Positions 1 to 13,879 of a DNA stretch of 64,000 bases are shown piece by piece. The notes below the pieces were generated by a model. The model saw nothing but the letters and a program-made list of their open reading frames with translations. It made no database searches and had not been told where the DNA came from. Location: NCBI GenBank assembly GCA_014905635.1, contig JABVCE010000034.1, forward strand, positions 62,001-126,000, written 5' to 3'. Origin of the DNA: Scenedesmus sp. PABB004. Taxonomy: Eukaryota. A program made the translations under genes and the position numbers. Each line of letters begins with the position of its first letter. The first letter of the stretch is position 1.

Positions 1-488
1 CCCGCAGCAGCAGCGTCTTCGGTAGCGCGCCCGCCCGATCGGGCGCAGAGCTGGGTGTTGTCGGGGTGCCTCGGGGCAGCGAGCGCGGGCCGCGCAGCGA
101 GCACAGGCGGCAGAGGCGCGCGCCCCGCATGCGACTCGTGCCGGGTGAGCCTGGGGGCGCGCCGCGCAGCGTCGGAGCGCGCGAGAGGGGCCCTGGCGCG
201 CCCGGGCGGGGCGGGCGGCGCGGCCAGCTCGCGGGACAGCAGGGCGCGAATGATGGTGGGCGCCCCTCGCGCCCGGCGAGGGCCGGCGCCGGCCCTCGCC
301 GCTCCGGCGGCGGCGGAAGGCCGCGCTCCGGGGCTCGGATGGGCTGCGGGGGCCCCGGGCGGCGGTGCGGCGGGGGCCACACGACCCCGCCATCCAGGCG
401 CGGCCGCGCGACGCGCGCCCCCCTGCCGCGCGCTGCCGAGCGCTCGTCGTCCGCCCCGCGCCGCCTTGATCGCAGGGTCCCGAGGTTG

Positions 489-1808
489 ATGGGATTGAGC
501 GACGCGCCGGGCGCGAGCGGAGAGGCATCCCCACGCGCCGCGCCGCCGGCGCACGGCTGCGCGGCCGCGGGCGAGCCCGACGGCACGGGCACGCCCGACG
601 CCAAGGACGCGCCAGCAAAGGCGTTCAGCGCGGCGGCAAGCGATGAGGAGCACGACGCGGCGGCAGCAGCGCACGCGCACGTAGCCGGCGGCGCCGGCGA
701 GCCGCACGCGATGGGCATCCGCCGCCACGGCGGCGGGGCCAAGGGCGGCAACTTCGCCTGGGGCCCCGGCCCCTGCAGGCGGTGCCGCCGCCCATGCTGT
801 GCGGCGGCAAGCACGGCCTGCTCGCGCCGCCGCCGCCGCCGGCGGCAGCCGCGGGGCAGCAGGGCGCGCTGCTGCTGAGCGCGCTGCAGGCGGGCGACAA
901 GCAGCAGCACGTGCACCACCACCCGGCGGCGCAGGGCGACGCGTTCGCGAGCTACGGCGGCGCCGCCGCTGCGCCGGCGTCGTCGGACGAGCTGGCACGG
1001 CTGGACGGGCCCGTGTCGCGCTCCGGCAGCGGCGCGAGCAGCCAGGACGGCGCGGCGGCGGCGGCGGCGGTCGGCTTGCTGTCGCCGCGCGCGCCGCGCG
1101 GCGCGCGCGGCCACGACCAGAACCCGCGCGGCCGCGCCGGCCAGCAGCCGGCGCCGCTCGCGCACGACGCGCCGACCGACGGCGGCGGCGCGCCGGCGCA
1201 CGGGCTGCGGCCGCGGCCCCTGGTGCTGCCGGATGAGGACGACCTGCTGTCGGATGTGGCGCCGCCAGCGCCGTCGCGGCTCAAGCAGCAGGCGCTGGCC
1301 AGCGCCGCGGTGCAGCAGCAGCACCAGCAGCACCAGCAGCAGCTCGCGCACCACCAGCAGGTGCTGCGCGCGGCGGGCGCGCACATCGGCAGCAGCCCCG
1401 CGGCGGGCGGCGCCAAGGGCAAGGTCCAGCAGCAGGCGCCCGGCCGCGGCGGGGGCCAGCAGCAGCAGCAGCACCAGCCGGCCGGCGGGGGCGCCACACC
1501 CACGAGCGCCGGCGCGGGCGGCGCGGCCTGGGGCGGCCCGGTGCAGCCGCCGCCGCCGCCGCCTCGGCGGCAAGTGGTCATGCTGCCGTCGCAGGACATT
1601 CGCAAGGCGCCCGGCACGCTCGTGCCCGCGGCAGCGCACGGCTCGCGCGGGCCGCCGCCGCCCGGCGTGCAGCCGGGCGGCCGCATGCAGGCGCCGCACC
1701 ACGTGGGGGTGCCCCACCCGGCTCCGCCGCCGCTGGCCATGTTGTCGCCCGGCGGGGCGCTGCACCGCCGCGGGGGGCCGCCGTCGCCCATGGCGCCGCC
1801 GGGCGCGC

Positions 1809-1845
<37 letters not shown>

Positions 1846-2599
1846 TGTGAGCGGCCGGCCCGGCGGCGCGGGCCGGGCCGCGCCCGGCGGCAGGGCGGCC
1901 TGGGCCAAGGCCGGTGGCGGTGCGCCCGCGCCGGCCGGGCCGGAGGACCACCGGCCGCACAGCCCGGGCCTGCACGGCGCTGCGCCGCAGCAGCCGGCGC
2001 GCGCGCACACTGCGAGCTGCCTGCCAGAGGACGAAGATGACCTTCTGGGCATAACAACCTCGAGCGCCGCCGGGCCGCCGCCGCACGGCGTCGAGCCGGG
2101 CGCGCCGCCGGCCGGCACGGCGCACGGCGGCGGCGCCGCCGGCGGCGCCTACCGGCAGCACGCGCTGCTCGCGCTGCCGCAGCCGCCGCCGCCGCCGCCG
2201 CGCAAGGGCCTGGGCAGCCGGCGCGGCGACGACGACGGCGGCGGGCGGCAGGGGCCGTTTGCGGGCGCCGCGCCCGCGCCGCCGGGGCACATGGCGTCGC
2301 CCGGCGGGCCCGGCGCGCTGCCGCTGTGGAACCTCTACGGCCACCCCATGCTGGGCGCCGACCACGGCCACGGCCACGGCGGCATGCCCCTCGGCAGGCC
2401 GCCGGCGTCGCCGGCGGCGGGCGCGGGCCTGCTGAGCCCGCAGCTGCACGCGCACCCGGCCGGCCTCTACGTGCCCGCCCCGGCCCTGGTGAAGCCGGCG
2501 CCGTCGAAGCGGCTGCAGATCGTCGACCCGCGCCGCACGCCCTGCGCGCAGCTCGACGCGGCCGGCGACGAGGCGGGCGAGGTGTGCGGCAGCGCCTAG
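489..2599 (+). CDS. Pro/Gly/Ala/Gln-rich low-complexity, probably disordered, hypothetical protein
   Basis: The ATG at 489 (MGLSDAPG...) joins ORF 782..2599 if one C is added to the CCCC run at ~770-773 (NFAWGPGP-LQAVPPPM). Repeated motif LPxDEDDLL; C-terminal KRLQIVDPR. No recognisable domain. Confidence 0.55.
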
Positions 2600-3867
2600 G
2601 CGCCCCGCCGCGGGGCGCGCGACCACACTTCCCTTTGTTGCCTGCCGCCCTCCACGCCGCCGCCGGCGCAGCGGAGCCCGGCCCGCGCGCCGCGGCGCCG
2701 CAGTGAATACTCTTGTCGCGGCTGTTTTTGACCAGAGCGACTCTTGGCTGTCATCGGGCTGTTCTTGGCTGCTGCATCAGCACATGGAGGAGCTGCCGCT
2801 CCGGCCTTGATGTGCGTGTGTGTGGTGGGTGGGTGGATGTACGCGGCTCCGCGCGGGTCGATAGATCCGGGTAGCACAGCAGGGGGCGCTGCACAGCGGG
2901 GGCGCCCGTCCGCGCGCCGCGCCGCGCCGTGGGCGGCGCCGCGCCGGAGCGGCTGGCTGGCAGCGGGCGCGCGGGGGCGCCGACGACGGCGCGGTTTTGC
3001 GCGCACGTGGGGCACACGCACGCACGGTTCGAGACCCGGGGCTGCACATTCACTTGTTGCCGCCGCCCGCGCGCGGGTGCGGCTGACGGACTGACCTGCT
3101 GGTACGTAGGCTGTCGCTCTAGGGGGGCCCGGACAGACGGACGCCTCGCGGCCCGCCCCGCGCCGCGCGCGTGTGTGCATTGCGCCGCGCCGGCCGGCGG
3201 CGGCGCGCCCCTGCACTGATTAGGTCGGCTAGACCTGCGTCAGCGGCGACGGCAATGGCACGCCTACGCACACGCCGCGCACCGACCCGCGGCATTGGAG
3301 CGGGCGGCGCCGCGCCGCTGCGCCACCTTACCTAGCGTGCGTGTGTGGGATGCGCTTTTCTTGCAGCCGGCAGGCGGGCGTCGGCCCCCTGTCGGCGTCA
3401 ACGTTCGCCAACGTCATCACTACGGCCAGCCTAGCACCACCACCACTCCGCGGCGGGCGGGCCCTCGGCGTCGGGATGGTGGCGTGCGCGGCCGCGCGCA
3501 GCCGGGCGGCGGCCGCGCGCAGTTGTGGGCGCCCGTCGAGCGTCGACGTGCAGCCTTGTGGTGATGCCCTGTGTTGAACGACACACTCTAGCAAGCAACG
3601 GGTAACGCGGCGAGCGGCGAGCGCCACGTGGCGCCGCCAGTCAGACCGTCAGCGGCCGCGTGCTGAGCCCTGCGGCCCGCCGCCGCCGCCGCGGCAAAGG
3701 CGCCGCCGCCACTCTCGGCACCTCCATTGCCCAGTTCAGGCACGACGGCGGGGGCGCAGCGCCCAGGCAGCAGCGGGCCGCAGCAGCAGCGCGTCGGAGC
3801 AGCAGCAGCGCGCCGGGTCGCCGCAGCGCTCCGCATCCGCAGCAGCGCCCGTCGCAGCACCAGCAGC

Positions 3868-6800
3868 ATGGCACTCGCCGCCCGGGCCCGCCGCGAGGCG
3901 TTTCTGGAGCGCGTCGAGCGCCTGGCGGCCGCCGAGCCGCTGCTCGCGGCGCAGCAGGAGGCCGACGCCACGGGCAACGCCGTGCCGGTCTTTCTGGGAG
4001 ACACCCCCACCGGCGAGGAGCTCGTGCGCGCCGTCGTGGGGCTCGCGCGCGCGGCGGCGCGCGCGCTGAGCGAGCTGCTCCCCGTGCTGCGCGAGGCGCG
4101 GCAGCGCGGCCGCATGCCGGCCAACGCCCCGGTGGGGACTGCGACCGACGTGCTGCGCACCCTCTCTGGCTGCCTGATGCACACGCCGCTCGGCGCGGGG
4201 CGCGGCCCCCATGCCGTCACCGCCGGTCCGCGGCCGCGAGCTCGGCGCCACGGGTGGTGAGGCCGAAGCCGCCGCCGGGCAGGGCAGCGGCGTGGGCACG
4301 GCCGCGCGGTCGGCTGTCACGCCGGCGAGCCGCCGCGCCGCAGGGCTGCTGCCGGGGCTCGCGGCGGCGTGCGACGAGGCGGTCGGCATGCTGCCGCCCG
4401 GCGCAGCGGCCGCCAGCATCACACTGGACTTTGCGGCGCTCGTCGGCGCGCTCGCGACGCTGTGGTGTGACATCCGCAGGTCGGCTGGGCGCGCCGCCGC
4501 TTGGCGGGCCGCGCAGGCCGCGCGCCGCGCCGTGCGTCGCCGCCGCGCGCCGCGCCCCGAGCCTGCGCGCCGCGCGCTGCCCCACGGGTGCGCCCCGCGC
4601 GGATGCGCCCCGCAGGTGCTGGGGCCGGGAGGTGGTCAGCCTGCCGCTGAGTGACAGCCCCATCAGTGCCACGGTCATGCCCGCCGCGCGCCTGGCGGCC
4701 GCCATCCTGCGCAGCGGCGTCGTCAGCTGCGCGGCGCCGCGCGGCACCAGCGTGTTTGCGCCGGGCGAGGGCAGTGGCGGCCGGCAGTGGCTCATGTGTT
4801 TGAGCCACAGCCAGCTCGGCCACGCGTGGCTGGCCGGCGCGCTCCCGGGCGCGAGCGCGCGGTCTCGCAGCGCCCTCACTGCGGGCATGGCGGTCGGCGC
4901 CGCGCTCAGCGTCGCCGACCTGGTGGCATGCGCGGTGTTCAATGAGTACATCCATTTGAATGACCACAAGATCAAGCGCGACGCGTCGGGGCGGCTGCTG
5001 GAGCCGGGGTATCACGTGAGCGAGCTGGTCTGGCCGGCGGGCGTGCGCGCGCGCGAGGCGCTCGACAGCGCGGAGGCCCTGTGGCTGATCGCCGCCTGCG
5101 TGTTGATGGGGGCCGCAAAGCTGCAGCGGCAGCGTCGTGGCGTGGCGCAGCTGCCGGGCAGCGCGCGCGGCGTGCGCGTGCCGCCGCACCACGAGGCCCT
5201 TGCCCGCGCGCTGGGCCTGGCAGACATCAGCTATGCAGAGATGTTTGAGGTTCCGGGCCTCGCGCCGGCCTCGCTCAACACCATCCCGCACGTGACCGGG
5301 CGCGCGCTCGCGGCCGCGCTCGAATGGCGCGCCGCCACGCGCGTCGACGCCAGCGTCGTGCACGGCGAGGGGCGCGACCCGCTGCACGACCTGCCGGCGC
5401 CGCTGCGCGAGCCGCTGGCGCTGACGGTTGTGCAGGTGGTGCAGCACTCGCTGGGCAGCGATGCACGGGCATGCCAAGAGACAGTGATGCACTGCATCAA
5501 CGCCCTGCCCTGCCTCTGCGGCGGCCCCGAGCCCGCTCTGGCCGAGGCGGTGCTGCGGGCGCTGCTGACGCAGCTGGCGCCGGCGCTGCAGCCCGCGGTG
5601 CTGGAGCTTGGGCAGGTCCCGCCCGCGGCCGCGGCCGACGAGAGCGCCAGGCTGGGCAGGCAGAACATGCAGGTGGCGCAGGTCATGACGTTGGCGGCGT
5701 TGAAAGGTGCGTGCCGGGCTGCTGGCGCCACATGCGCTGCCGAGCGCGCGCAGCGGCCGCCTCACGCGCCGCCGCCGCTGCCGCAGTGCCGGACGACGTG
5801 CTGTCCAAGATCCTGCTGGAGCACACCGCGGCCGTCTGCCAGGCGCTCGAGACGATGATGCGCCTGGAGGCGGGGCTGCGCACCGTCGACGTGGCGCTGC
5901 GCCTCCTGCCGCGCCTCGCGAGCTGCCTGCTCAACCTGGCTGGCGGCTACGACGACGTCGACGACAAGTCCGGGGCGCTGGCGGCCGCGCTGGCACGCCC
6001 TGGCGGGCGGCGCCTGGCGGCGCCCGTGTTCGGCCTCGTGCTCTCGCTGTGCAAGTGCGCGCCGGCACTCATTGCGGCGGGTGAGGTGCCAGCGCTGGGC
6101 GCGGCCGGTGTTGCAAACTCCCCGGCAGTGCGCGAGCAGTTCTGCCTGGCCGCCCAGATTGGCGCACTTGCCGCGGCGGCCACGTTTGCGTCGTGCATGG
6201 CCCCGGCAGCCAGAGGCGGGTCGCCCGTGGCGACCAACCCCTGGCTGCTGCTGACGGCGCGCTGCGCTGTGCTGCTCGGCGAGCAGCTCGCCACCACTGC
6301 AGCCGGCGCGGCCGCGCACGCGACAGACCCGGTGCTGGCGCCGCTGGGTACCGTGCCCGTGAAAGGCTGTGTGTTCGTCGTCGCCAAGGCGGCGGCGGCG
6401 CTGGACGTCGGCACGCTGCGGGCCGCTGCCGCGGCCGCCGGCGGCGACAAGCTCGCTGCGCGCGCGGCGGCACTGGAGCCGCTGCACAGCCGGCTGCTCG
6501 CGCGGCTGCGCGCGCTGACAGACCTGGGCGAGGGCGGGAGCTCCACTTTCACTCTGACCCACAGCGCGCTGCCGGCGGCCTGGCAGGCCCTCGGCGGCGC
6601 GGACGGGGTCGGCGCGGCGCTCGCAGAGTGGGGCGCCGCCGTGTGCGCGCTGGTGCCCGCCGCGCCGTGCTGCAACAACCCCGGCTGCCGCTCCCTGGAG
6701 CAGGAGAGCGAGCTGCGGCTCGTGCGGTCGTCGCGGTGCTCCGGCTGCACCGTGGCGCGCTACTGCAGCAGGCGAGCATGCGCGCCTGCGCGGCGGCTGC

Positions 6801-6953
6801 GTGTGCGGGCGCCGCGCGCGGCTGCAGTCAGCTGACGTGCCGCGCTCTCGCCACCGCAGGCAGTGCCAGACGGCGCACTGGCAGCAGCACAGGGCGGCGT
6901 GCAAGGCCATCGGCAAGGCCAAGGCCGCCGGCGGCGGCGGTGGCAGGCGCTAG
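3868..6953 (+). CDS. Helical protein with C-terminal zf-MYND finger
   Basis: Spliced C-terminus CCNNPGC...RCSGCTVARYCSR|QCQTAHWQQHRAACKAIG (GC-AG intron 6772-6859) is a canonical MYND finger. GT-AG introns at ~4480-4615 and ~5707-5786. Apparent +1 indel in the C-run at ~4206-4210. Confidence 0.8.
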
Positions 6954-7184
6954 CGGAGCGGGGGGGGGGGGGGGGGGGGGGCGAGCGCGCCGGCGGAAGC
7001 GCGGCGCACGGCTGCGCCAATTGGCCCGTGAGATGCGTCGGCTGCGTTGGTGCGCGGTGGCGCGCCATCCCGGCACGCGCGGCGGGAGGAGTTGCAGAGC
7101 TGCGCAGGGCAGCCTTGGACGCGGCGGGCCCCTTGCTTGTGCAGCATGTTGAACCCACAAAGGCAGCGCCGCGCGGCGCTCGAG

Positions 7185-9486
7185 TCACTCGCCGTCAAAC
7201 TCGCCGGGCCGCGCCTCGCGCCAGCGCTCGCCCGGCGGCAGCCGCTCCACGCGCTGCCGCCACGCCGCCGCCTCCTCCTCGCGGTCTTCTCGCTCGGCCT
7301 CGCGCAGCCGCTGCAGACGGATGCGGGCCGCGCGGGGACGGCGGGGCAGCTCCGGCGCCCAGCCGGGCGGGTCGGTGCTCACGCCGAGCTCCCGCGTGTC
7401 GGGGGGCGCGTCGCGGCCGCCGCCGCCGCGCCCGCCGTGCCCCGGCCGCCGCGCCCGCGGCCGCTGCGCCCGCGGCCCCTGCCGCGCGCGCCGGCGGCGC
7501 CGCCGCGCGCCACCGCCGCATCGCCCCCCCGGCCGGGCTCTGCGGCTGCAGGGCTGACACCCGTCAGCGAGCCGGCGCCCAACCCCAGCCGCTCCGACGC
7601 CGTGGCCGCCGCCGCGGCCGCCGCGCTGGCTGCCAGCCCGCCGCTGGCGTGCCAGCCGCCGGCGCGCTCGCCCGCGGCCGCGCCGGCCGCCGCCTGCTGC
7701 GCCGCCAGCAGCGCGGCCGCGCGCGGGCGCAGCGCGCCGGGCTGCACGTCCGCCGCCGCCTCGAGCGCCGCGTACGCCTGCCGCACGATGCCGATCTGGG
7801 CCGCCGAGAGCTGGTCCAGCTGGCGGTTGAGGTGCGCCTCGTGCGCGTCCATCCAGGGCGCGCCGGGGAAGAAACCCAGGTCTGCAAACCCCGCCGCCGC
7901 GTCCACGAGCGCCGTGTGCGGCAGCGCGGGGAGGCCGGGGAGGATGCAGTCGGCCAGGTCCTGCGCCGCCGGCGGCGGCGGCGGCGCGCGGCGCGCGGCG
8001 CGCGGCGGCGGGGTGGGCGGCGCTGCGCGCGGGCGCCTGCAGCGCGGCGCCGCCGCCGCCGCGCCCCGCGCCCGCGCCGTCCCCACCTGGAGCAGCCAGC
8101 AATAGCGCCGCAGCCACGCCGTGGCCGCGCCCTCGCCGCCCGCCGGCAGCAGGCGCGGCAGCGCCCAGACCAGCGACGCGGCCTGCGCGGGGCTCGCGGC
8201 GCCCAGCTGCTGGTGGAAGAGCTCCAGCACGTAGCAGCTGAACGGCGCCGGCGGGCGGTGGCCCAGCTCCGCGAGGCCGACCGCGACGATGGCCAGGCCC
8301 TGCGGCGGCATGTGCTGCAGCTGCGGCACGACGCACCTGCGGCGGCGGCGGCGGCGGCGGCGGCGGTGGGCCGCGGCTGCCGCCCCCGAGCGCGCGCGCG
8401 GCGCGCCCGGCCGACGGCGGCGCGGCGGCGCGGGCTCCGGGGCGCGACGCAGGCGCGGTGCGCCCGCTGCCAAGCAGCCCGCCCCGCGCACCGGCAGTAC
8501 TCCTGCAGCCAGCCCGGCGGCGGCGCGTGCTCCCAGCAGCCCAGCGCCCAGATGATGTTGGTGAAGGGCTGGTCCCGCGCGCCGCCCGACAGCCCCGGCA
8601 GCGCGGCGCCAGCGTGGCGCACAAAGTCCTGCGCGCCGCGCGCGCGGCGCAGCGGCGGCGGCGGCGGCGGCGCGCGTCGCGCGGCGTCGCGCGGGCGGGC
8701 GGGCGCGCGCGCGCCGGCTGCGGCGCCGCGCCTGCAGCCAGATGCGCTTTGGCCGCACGTCCATGCGCGCGAGCGCCCACGCGAGCGTGCCGAAGCCCTG
8801 CCCCGAGAAGGAGCCAAACTTGACCTGCGAGGAGGGGCGCGCGCGGCGCCGGGCGGGGCGGCCGGTCAACTTGAGCGCGGCGGCGCTGAGGGCGGCGGCG
8901 GCCCGCTGCGGGGCGGCGCGCGGGCGCCGCGCCGCGCGCGCGCGCCTGCGCCTCGAGCAGCAACGAGTCGAGCACGGCGGCCGGCAGCTGCAGCTGCAGC
9001 ATCGCCGCCGCCCACACGACGCTGCACAGCTCCGGCGGCTGCAGCGCGAGCAGCTGCCCCGGCAGGTGCGCGACGTACGCAGCCAGCCACGGCGCCGGCG
9101 GCGGCGCGCCCCACTTGGCAAACACCCACAGCGCGTTGGCGGTCTCGACGTTGTTCAGGCTCGGCAGCCGCGTGTGGCTCTCGGCCGCAAACGCGGCGAG
9201 CCAGTCGTCGTCGGGGGCGTGCCCGAGCCGCGCGAGGCCCCAGGCGAGCTGCAGCAGCACCTTGTTGCTCGCGCCGCCGCCGCACAGCTGCGGCCGGGTC
9301 GCGTCGAGCATCGCGTCCAGCGCGTCGCCGGGCACCGCCGACGACGCGCCGAGCCGCGCGAGCGCGCCCACGACGCACGACGTCTCCACCAGGCTCGCCG
9401 CGTCGAGGCGGGCGACGAAGCGCGCCACGAGCTCGTCCACCAGCGCCCGCAGCGCCTGCTGCTCGCCCCGCGCCGCCCGCTGCTGC

Positions 9487-9527
<41 letters not shown>

Positions 9528-10034
9528 CTCCGCCTGCGGCGGCTGCTGCTGCTGCTGCTGCTGCGCCGCCGCGCTGCGCGCCGCGAGCTGCCCCGGGTGC
9601 AGCTTCGCCGCGCGGCTGAGCGCCGCGCTGATGTGCACGGGCGTGAGCGCCGCGGCGTGCAGGCGCAGCGTCGCCTGCAGCTGCGCCAGGTCCGGCGCGC
9701 GGCTCAGCTGCGCCGTCAGCAGCCCCGCCAGCACGGCGGGGTCGGGGCCGTCGCCGCCGCCGCTGCTGCCGCCCGCCGCGGGCGCGCTGCCGCCCTGGAA
9801 CAGCAGCGGCGCCGGCTCCTGCCGCGGCTCGGCCGGCCGCCCGCGCCCGCCGCCGCCGCCGCCGCCGCTGCCGGAGCTGCCGCGGCCGGCGACCGCCGCG
9901 CCACGCGCCGCCGCCGCCGCCGCCGCGCGGCGGGCGCAGCGCTGGCCGCCGCCGCTGCCGCCGCCGCGGCGCGCCAGCGCTGCCGCCTGCGGCGCGGGCC
10001 GCCCGCCCGCCAGCAGGCCGCCCAGCGGCGCCAT
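7185..10034 (-). CDS. Octotricopeptide-repeat (OPR) organellar RNA-binding protein
   Basis: ~38-aa helical repeats with LWALAxLG...PPxxW motifs (ANALWVFAKWGAPPPAPWL, LAWALARMDVRPKRIWL, IIWALGCWEHAPPPGWL) and an Ala/Arg/Gly-rich transit-peptide-like N-terminus. Several introns. Stop is at 7379 as read, or 7185 if a 1-nt indel near 7440 is corrected. Confidence 0.85.
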
Positions 10035-10360
10035 GAGCGGGCCGGCGCCGATCGCCCCGGCACGGCAGCGGCGCCTGCTGCCGCCGCCGCCGCCGCTGCG
10101 CGCGCCGCTGTGCGCCCGGCGGTCTCCTGGCCGCCCTACGGTCCCGGCGTGCTGACAGGAGTGCGGGAACGCGGGCAGCCCGCAGCGCAGGGCGACAGGT
10201 GCGGGCCGGCCGGGGGTTGAGCTTTTGCGGGCGCTGCTGGCCCTGCTCACGCCGCACCCGGCCAGCCCAGCACGCGCCGTCTCCTCGATCACACGCCCGG
10301 CGTCGCCGCTCCCCGCCCGCGAGCGCGCCCGGCGCAGCAGCAGACCCGGTCGTCGCCAGG

Positions 10361-12888
10361 ATGCTGAGCAGCAGCAGCGCCGCGGGGCGGGGCGCCCTGG
10401 CCCGCCTGGCGGCGGCCTGCGTGGGCGCGATGGCGAACTCGCAGCAGGTGAGCCCGTGGGCCCGCGCGGGGCGGCTGATCGGCCAATAGGGCTTCGCTGC
10501 CGGCCGTCTGCGCCGCGCAGCGGCCTGCAGCGGCCGCGAGCGCGGGCGGCGCGGCCCCGTAGCTGGCGGCCGTGGCCAGCGCCCCACGCTGGCGCCGGCG
10601 TCGCGCTGGCCCGGGCGCAGGGCGGCGCGCGCGGGCTGATGACCTACATGCAGAAGCCGGGCCAGGCCCAGGAGCACCGCGTGACGCTCATCCCGGGCGA
10701 CGGCATCGGGCCCGAGGTCACCAACGCGGTGGTGCAGGTCGTGGACCACCTCAAGGCGCCGATCAGATGGGACAGGTGCGGCGGCGCAGAGCAGCGCGCG
10801 CGCGCCGGCTGCGAGCGGCCCCGCGCCGCGGCGGTGCGCGGCGCCCTGCCGCCGCCGGGCGCCGGTGTCGCCAGCGGGCACCGCAGCGGCGGCCCGCGCC
10901 GGGGCAGCCGCCGGCGGCGGCTGCGCAGCCGCGGCGTGGCGGCCGCGCGCCGACCCGCCGCCGCCGCCCGCCCGACCGCGCGCTGCGCTGCGCGGCCGCC
11001 GCCAGGTTTGACGGCCTGTCGGGCGCGCTGCCGGACGGCATGCCCCGCATGGACGTGCCGCCGGAGGTGCTGGACAGCATCCGGGCAAACAAGGCGCGCC
11101 CGCGGCGGCGGCGGCTGCGCGGACGGCGGCAGCCGCAGCAGCTGGGCTGCGCGCCCGCGCCCCCGCCCGCGCCCGCGCCGAGCGCCCTCCGCCGCCTCCG
11201 CCTCCGCCGCCTGCTGGTCTGGTCGCCGCCGACAGGTGTGCCTCAAGGGCACGCTCTTCACGCCGCTGAGCAAGAAGAACACGAGCACGCAGAGCCTCAA
11301 CGTGCAGCTGCGCAAGGACCTCGGCCTCAGCGTCAACCTCGTGCACGGCTTCAGCATGCCCAACGTCCCCAGCAGGCACAGCGAGCTCGACATCGTCGTC
11401 ATCCGGTGCGCCTGCCCGCCTGCCCCCCTGCCTGCCGGCCTGCCCGGCTGTGCGGCGTGTGGGCGCGTGACGTGCCTGCGCGCGCGCGTGTGTGTGCTGG
11501 CGCGCATGCGCTCGCGCGTGAGCGACGTTGCCGGGCGCGGCCGCGCGCTGACCCACCCGCGCGCCGACCCGCCCCTCGCGCGCCGCTGTGCCGCCGCGCA
11601 GCGAGAACCTGGAGGGCGAGTACAGCGGCCTGGAGCACGAGGTCGTGGACGGCGTGGTGGAGAGCCTCAAGGCGCGCGCCGCCGCCGCTGCCGCCGCCGC
11701 CGCCGCCCGCGCGGCGCAGCGCGCAGCGCGGACCCGGCGGCCCCCCGTCCTCACACACGCACGCGCATGGGCGCGCGCACGCTCGCCGCGCAGGTCATCA
11801 CCGAGGAGCGCAGCCTGGTGACCGCGGAGTACGCGTTTGAGTTTGCGTTCCTCAACAACCGGCGCCGCGTGACGGCGGTGCACAAGGCCAACATCATGAA
11901 AAAGGGCGACGGCATGTTCCTCAAGGTGCCTGCGGGGGCGTGTGGTGTGGGTGGCGGTGTGGGTGGGTGCGGGTGCGGGTGCGGGTGCGGGTGCGGGTGC
12001 GGGTGTGAGGGAGAGAGGGTGCGTGCGCGGACCGCCGCGCTGACGGCCACCGCGGCGCCCCCGCTCCCCGCGCCGCCGCGCAGGCGTGCAAGGAGGTCGC
12101 CGCACGGTACCCTGGGATCGAGTACACGGAGATGATCGTGGACAACACCTGCATGCAGCTCGTGAGCCGGCCCAACCAGTTTGACGTCATGGTCACGCCA
12201 AACCTCTACGGCTCGCTCGTCGCCAACATCATCGCCGGTGCGGGGCCGTGTGGGTGTGGCTGGGCGTGCGCGTGTGTCGTGTACAGGAGGGGAGGGGGCA
12301 CGGGCGTGGCCGCGCGACGGGGCGCAGCGCTGCAGCGCCCGCGCGCGTCATGTGGTCACGCCCCGGTGCGCCGCCGCCGCCGCCGCCGCCGCCGCCCCCG
12401 CTCTCCCACACCCCCGCAGGCCTGTGCGGCGGGAGCGGCATGGTGCCGGGCGGCAACATCGGCGACGAGGTCGCCGTGTTTGAGCAGGGCGCGCGGCACG
12501 TGAGCAAGGCGATCGCGGGCAAGGGCGTCGCCAACCCCACCGCGCTGCTGCTGAGCACGAGCATGATGCTGCGCCACCTCCAGCTCCACAGCTTCAGCGA
12601 CAGGCGCGACGCGCCGCCGCCGCCGCCGCGCCTGCCGCGCCTGCCGCGCCTGCCGCGCCGCTGCCGCTGCCGCGCTGCCGCCGCTGCCGCGCCGCTGCCG
12701 CCGCCGCTGCCGGCGCCGCGCCGCGCCCCACGGCGCCCACTCAACGCCCGCCCCTCTCCCCCTCCTGCAGGCTTGAGAGCGCCGTGGTGGATGTGTACCT
12801 CAGCAACGACAAGGCCACGCTCACGCCCGACTGCGGCGGCACCGGCGGCACCATGGCCTTCGCCGACGCCGTGTGCGAGCGCCTGTGA
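10361..12888 (+). CDS. IDH: Mitochondrial NAD-dependent isocitrate dehydrogenase, regulatory-type subunit (9 exons)
   Basis: [93 protein letters not shown] (no metal-binding Asp of NLYGDIxSD) marks the regulatory subunit. Presequence-like N-terminus; 8 introns, 3 of them GC-AG. Confidence 0.95.
11967..12005 (+). repeat. (GGGTGC)n hexamer microsatellite in an IDH intron
   Basis: About 6-7 tandem GGGTGC units seen directly. Confidence 0.9.
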
Positions 12889-13879
12889 GCGCGCGGCGCG
12901 CGGCAGCGGCGGCGGCGGTGTGCCGGCGCACGCGGCGCGGGGTGGTCGGGTGCGCGGCGGAGGGCCGGCGCCGGGGCGGTCGGCAGGCTGCGCGCGCGCT
13001 AGGCGGCGCGGCGCGGCGGGAGGCAGCAAGCGGCGGACTGTGGGAGGGCGGCAGGGGGGATTCGGGCCCGCGGCGGCGCTCCCTGCGCGCGCCCTCTCTC
13101 TGTTTTGTGAGTCGTCGTCGTGATTTTTTGCACCGTCCGGCGCGGCGGTCCTGCGGTCCGGGCAGGCCGGCTGCGCGCCGCCGCCGGGCCATTCCTGGCC
13201 AGGCACCGCCACGGCGGTAATCGTGCCACTCGCGCCGCGGCGAAGCTGCAGCAGCGCGGAAGCTGGTGGCCGGCGGGCTGGGCGTCGCCGCCCCGCGCCG
13301 CCGCCTGCAGCCCGACAACTCGGCGAGCCTCCTCCTAGCTGGGTGCTGCTGTGCAAACAAGCAAAACAAGGGGCGGCAGCGGCGCCGTCCAAGCGAGGCC
13401 CACGCTGGCAAAGTCTCAAGCAGCCCCCGCAGCGTTCCTCCCCGACCCCGCCGCGGCTCCTGCAAAGCCCACACGCTACCGCCGCCCTCCCCCGCCGCGT
13501 CTTTTCTCGTTTTCCGCCTGATCGGGCGTCGTCATAGCAACGTGCAGGCATCCCCTGGGTTCAATCGTCGTCATGTCCATGGCGCGCCCTCGCCGGGTCC
13601 GTGCGCGCGCCCTCGCCGGGTCCGCGCGCGCGCGCGCGCGCGACATCATACCGGCACTCACGCGAGCAGGCAGCCCTCTCCCCCCGCCACCACCCCCGCC
13701 GCACGCGAAAAAGCAGCCCTGCGCAGTGTGCTGACGCCGTGCGCTGACGCACGCAGCCCCCACCCGCCCGCCCGCTCGGTCGTCCGCTGCGTCGCTGGCC
13801 CGCCGCCGCGGCGCTGGCCTGGCCGCGCTCGCCAGCCCTCAGCCGAGCCGAGGTTCAGCCGAGAGCTCGAGCCGGGGGC

